64,000 nucleotides of DNA, taken from the NCBI GenBank assembly GCA_963769025.1, contig CAVYKI010000006.1, positions 288,001-352,000 on the forward strand, in the 5' to 3' direction. The notes beneath the pieces were generated by a model. The model saw nothing but the letters and a program-made list of their open reading frames with translations. It had not been told where the DNA came from and made no database searches. Position numbers and translations under genes: made by a program. The DNA is from an uncultured Verrucomicrobiae bacterium (lineage in GTDB: Bacteria; Verrucomicrobiota; Verrucomicrobiia; Chthoniobacterales; Chthoniobacteraceae). Below, in pieces: positions 62,726 through 64,000 of the stretch. Position 1 is the stretch's first letter. Each line of letters starts with the position of its first letter.

Positions 62726-64000
62726 ATGATCGAAATGAAGGAACTGCTCGCGAAGTCGAAGGCGATTCGCGACTTCAAAGAGGGAAGCATCGTCAAGGGA
62801 ACCATCCTCGAAATCCGCCCGCGCGAAGTGCTCGTGGACATCGGCTACAAGAGCGAAGGCGCCATCGCGGCGCACGAGTTCGACGACATCAATGAACTGC
62901 AGGTCGGCGACGAAGTCGAAGTGCTCATCTGCCGCCTCGAAAACGACGAGGGCATGGTCGATCCTTTCGAAGGAACGCGCCGCCGCGAAACAGAACTGGG
63001 AGAAGATCGCGAAGGTCTTCGAAGAGGGCGGGCTCATCAAGGGCAAGGTCAAGGCCGTGGTCAAAGGCGGCCTGCTCGTCAACGTCGGCGTCGAGGCATT
63101 CCTGCCCGGCTCGCAGATCGACGTCATCCCCCCGAAGGATCTCACGCAATTCGTCGGCAACACCTACGATTTCAAAATCGTCAAGCTCAACGACGACCGC
63201 CGCAACGTGGTTCTCAGCCGCCGCGAAATCATCGAAGCCGAGCGCTCCGAGAAGCGCGGCGCATTCATGGGCAGCAAGAAGCCCGGCGACATCGTCAAGG
63301 GCGTGGTCAAGAACATCACCGACTTCGGTGCGTTCGTGGACCTCGACGGCATGGACGGACTGCTGCACATCACGGACATCACGTGGGGCCGCCTGAATCA
63401 CCCGAGCGAAGTGCTCAAGGTGGGCATGGAGCTCGACGTCGTGATTCTCGAAATCAACAAGGACAAGGAGCGCGTCTCGCTCGGTCTCAAGCAGAACCAG
63501 AAGAATCCCTGGGACAAGATCGAGGAGCGCTTCGCCGTCGGTGCCAAGGTCAAGGGCAAGGTCACGAACCTCATGCCCTACGGCGCATTCATCGAGCTCG
63601 AAGAGGGCGTCGAAGGCCTCATCCACGTCTCCGAACTCTCGTGGACCAAGCGCATCGCCCGCCCGAGCGACGTGCTCACGATGGGCCAGGAAATCGAGGC
63701 CGTCGTGCTCGGCGTGAACAAGGACGAGCAGAAGATCTCGCTCGGCGTCCGCCAGCTCGAGACCAACCCGTGGGACGAGATGGAGCACAAGTACCCGATC
63801 GGCAAGACCGTGAAGGGGACCGTGCGCAACATGACCGCCTACGGCGCGTTCGTGGAACTCGAGGAAGGCGTGGACGGGATGGTCCACGTTTCCGACATGA
63901 GCTGGACCCGCAAAATCAATCACCCGTCCGAAGACGCTCAAGAAGGGCGACGAGGTCGAGGCGGTCGTCATCGACATCGACAAGAACGCCCAGCGCATCA
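62726..64000 (+). CDS. rpsA: 30S ribosomal protein S1 (runs off the window; indels near 62960 and 63933)
   Basis: DIGYKSEG, AFLPGSQID, NITDFGAFVDL, DGLLHITDITWGR, EGLIHVSELSW tandem S1 domains. Confidence 0.97.
   Translation, partial: MIEMKELLAKSKAIRDFKEGSIVKGTILEIRPREVLVDIGYKSEGAIAAHEFDDINELQVGDEVEVLICRLENDEGMVDPFEGTRRRETELGEDREGLRRGRAHQGQGQGRGQRRPARQRRRRGIPARLADRRHPPEGSHAIRRQHLRFQNRQAQRRPPQRGSQPPRNHRSRALREARRIHGQQEARRHRQGRGQEHHRLRCVRGPRRHGRTAAHHGHHVGPPESPERSAQGGHGARRRDSRNQQGQGARLARSQAEPEESLGQDRGALRRRCQGQGQGHEPHALRRIHRARRGRRRPHPRLRTLVDQAHRPPERRAHDGPGNRGRRARREQGRAEDLARRPPARDQPVGRDGAQVPDRQDREGDRAQHDRLRRVRGTRGRRGRDGPRFRHELDPQNQSPVRRRSRRATRSRRSSSTSTRTPSAS

Noticed and set aside
62624..63998. 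Minus-strand ORFs of 179 and 357 aa
   Set aside because: Antisense shadows of rpsA.

Overview
High-GC bacterial chromosome segment. It is most likely Verrucomicrobiota (Chthoniobacter-like, PVC superphylum); this is an inference from the PEP-CTERM protein, the DUF1549/DUF1553/DUF1501 clusters, the DUF1080 proteins and the TPR-kinase. Housekeeping genes (ftsH, a SurA-like PPIase, accA, dapA-dapB-folK-panB, typA, udg, rluD, two pilT paralogs, hsp20, infA, rpsA) are interleaved with accessory genes. Many genes, including essential ones such as rpsA, carry single-base frameshifts, so these are probably sequencing or assembly indels. No rRNA, tRNA, CRISPR array or prophage was recognised. The only clear mobile element is an IS5-family transposase that abuts a 5'-truncated PEP-CTERM surface-protein gene. 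The most interesting uncharacterised modules are: (i) an SRPBCC / DoxX-like / BNR beta-propeller / ubiquitin-like (MoaD-type, C-terminal GG) operon without an E1 enzyme; (ii) a membrane DUF3592x2 + arrestin-like protein coupled to a stand-alone arrestin-like protein and a small AAA+ ATPase; (iii) a clan GH-A + GT2 fusion; (iv) a Tat-exported TIM-barrel + DUF1080 fusion; (v) a small SFPD-repeat secreted protein that is a candidate knotted fold; (vi) a membrane-anchored TIR protein; (vii) a larA / HupE nickel neighbourhood; (viii) an in-frame collapsed type IIG restriction-modification remnant in an islet bounded by heptamer repeats and REP-like palindromes. All family assignments come from motif recognition by eye, not from database searches.
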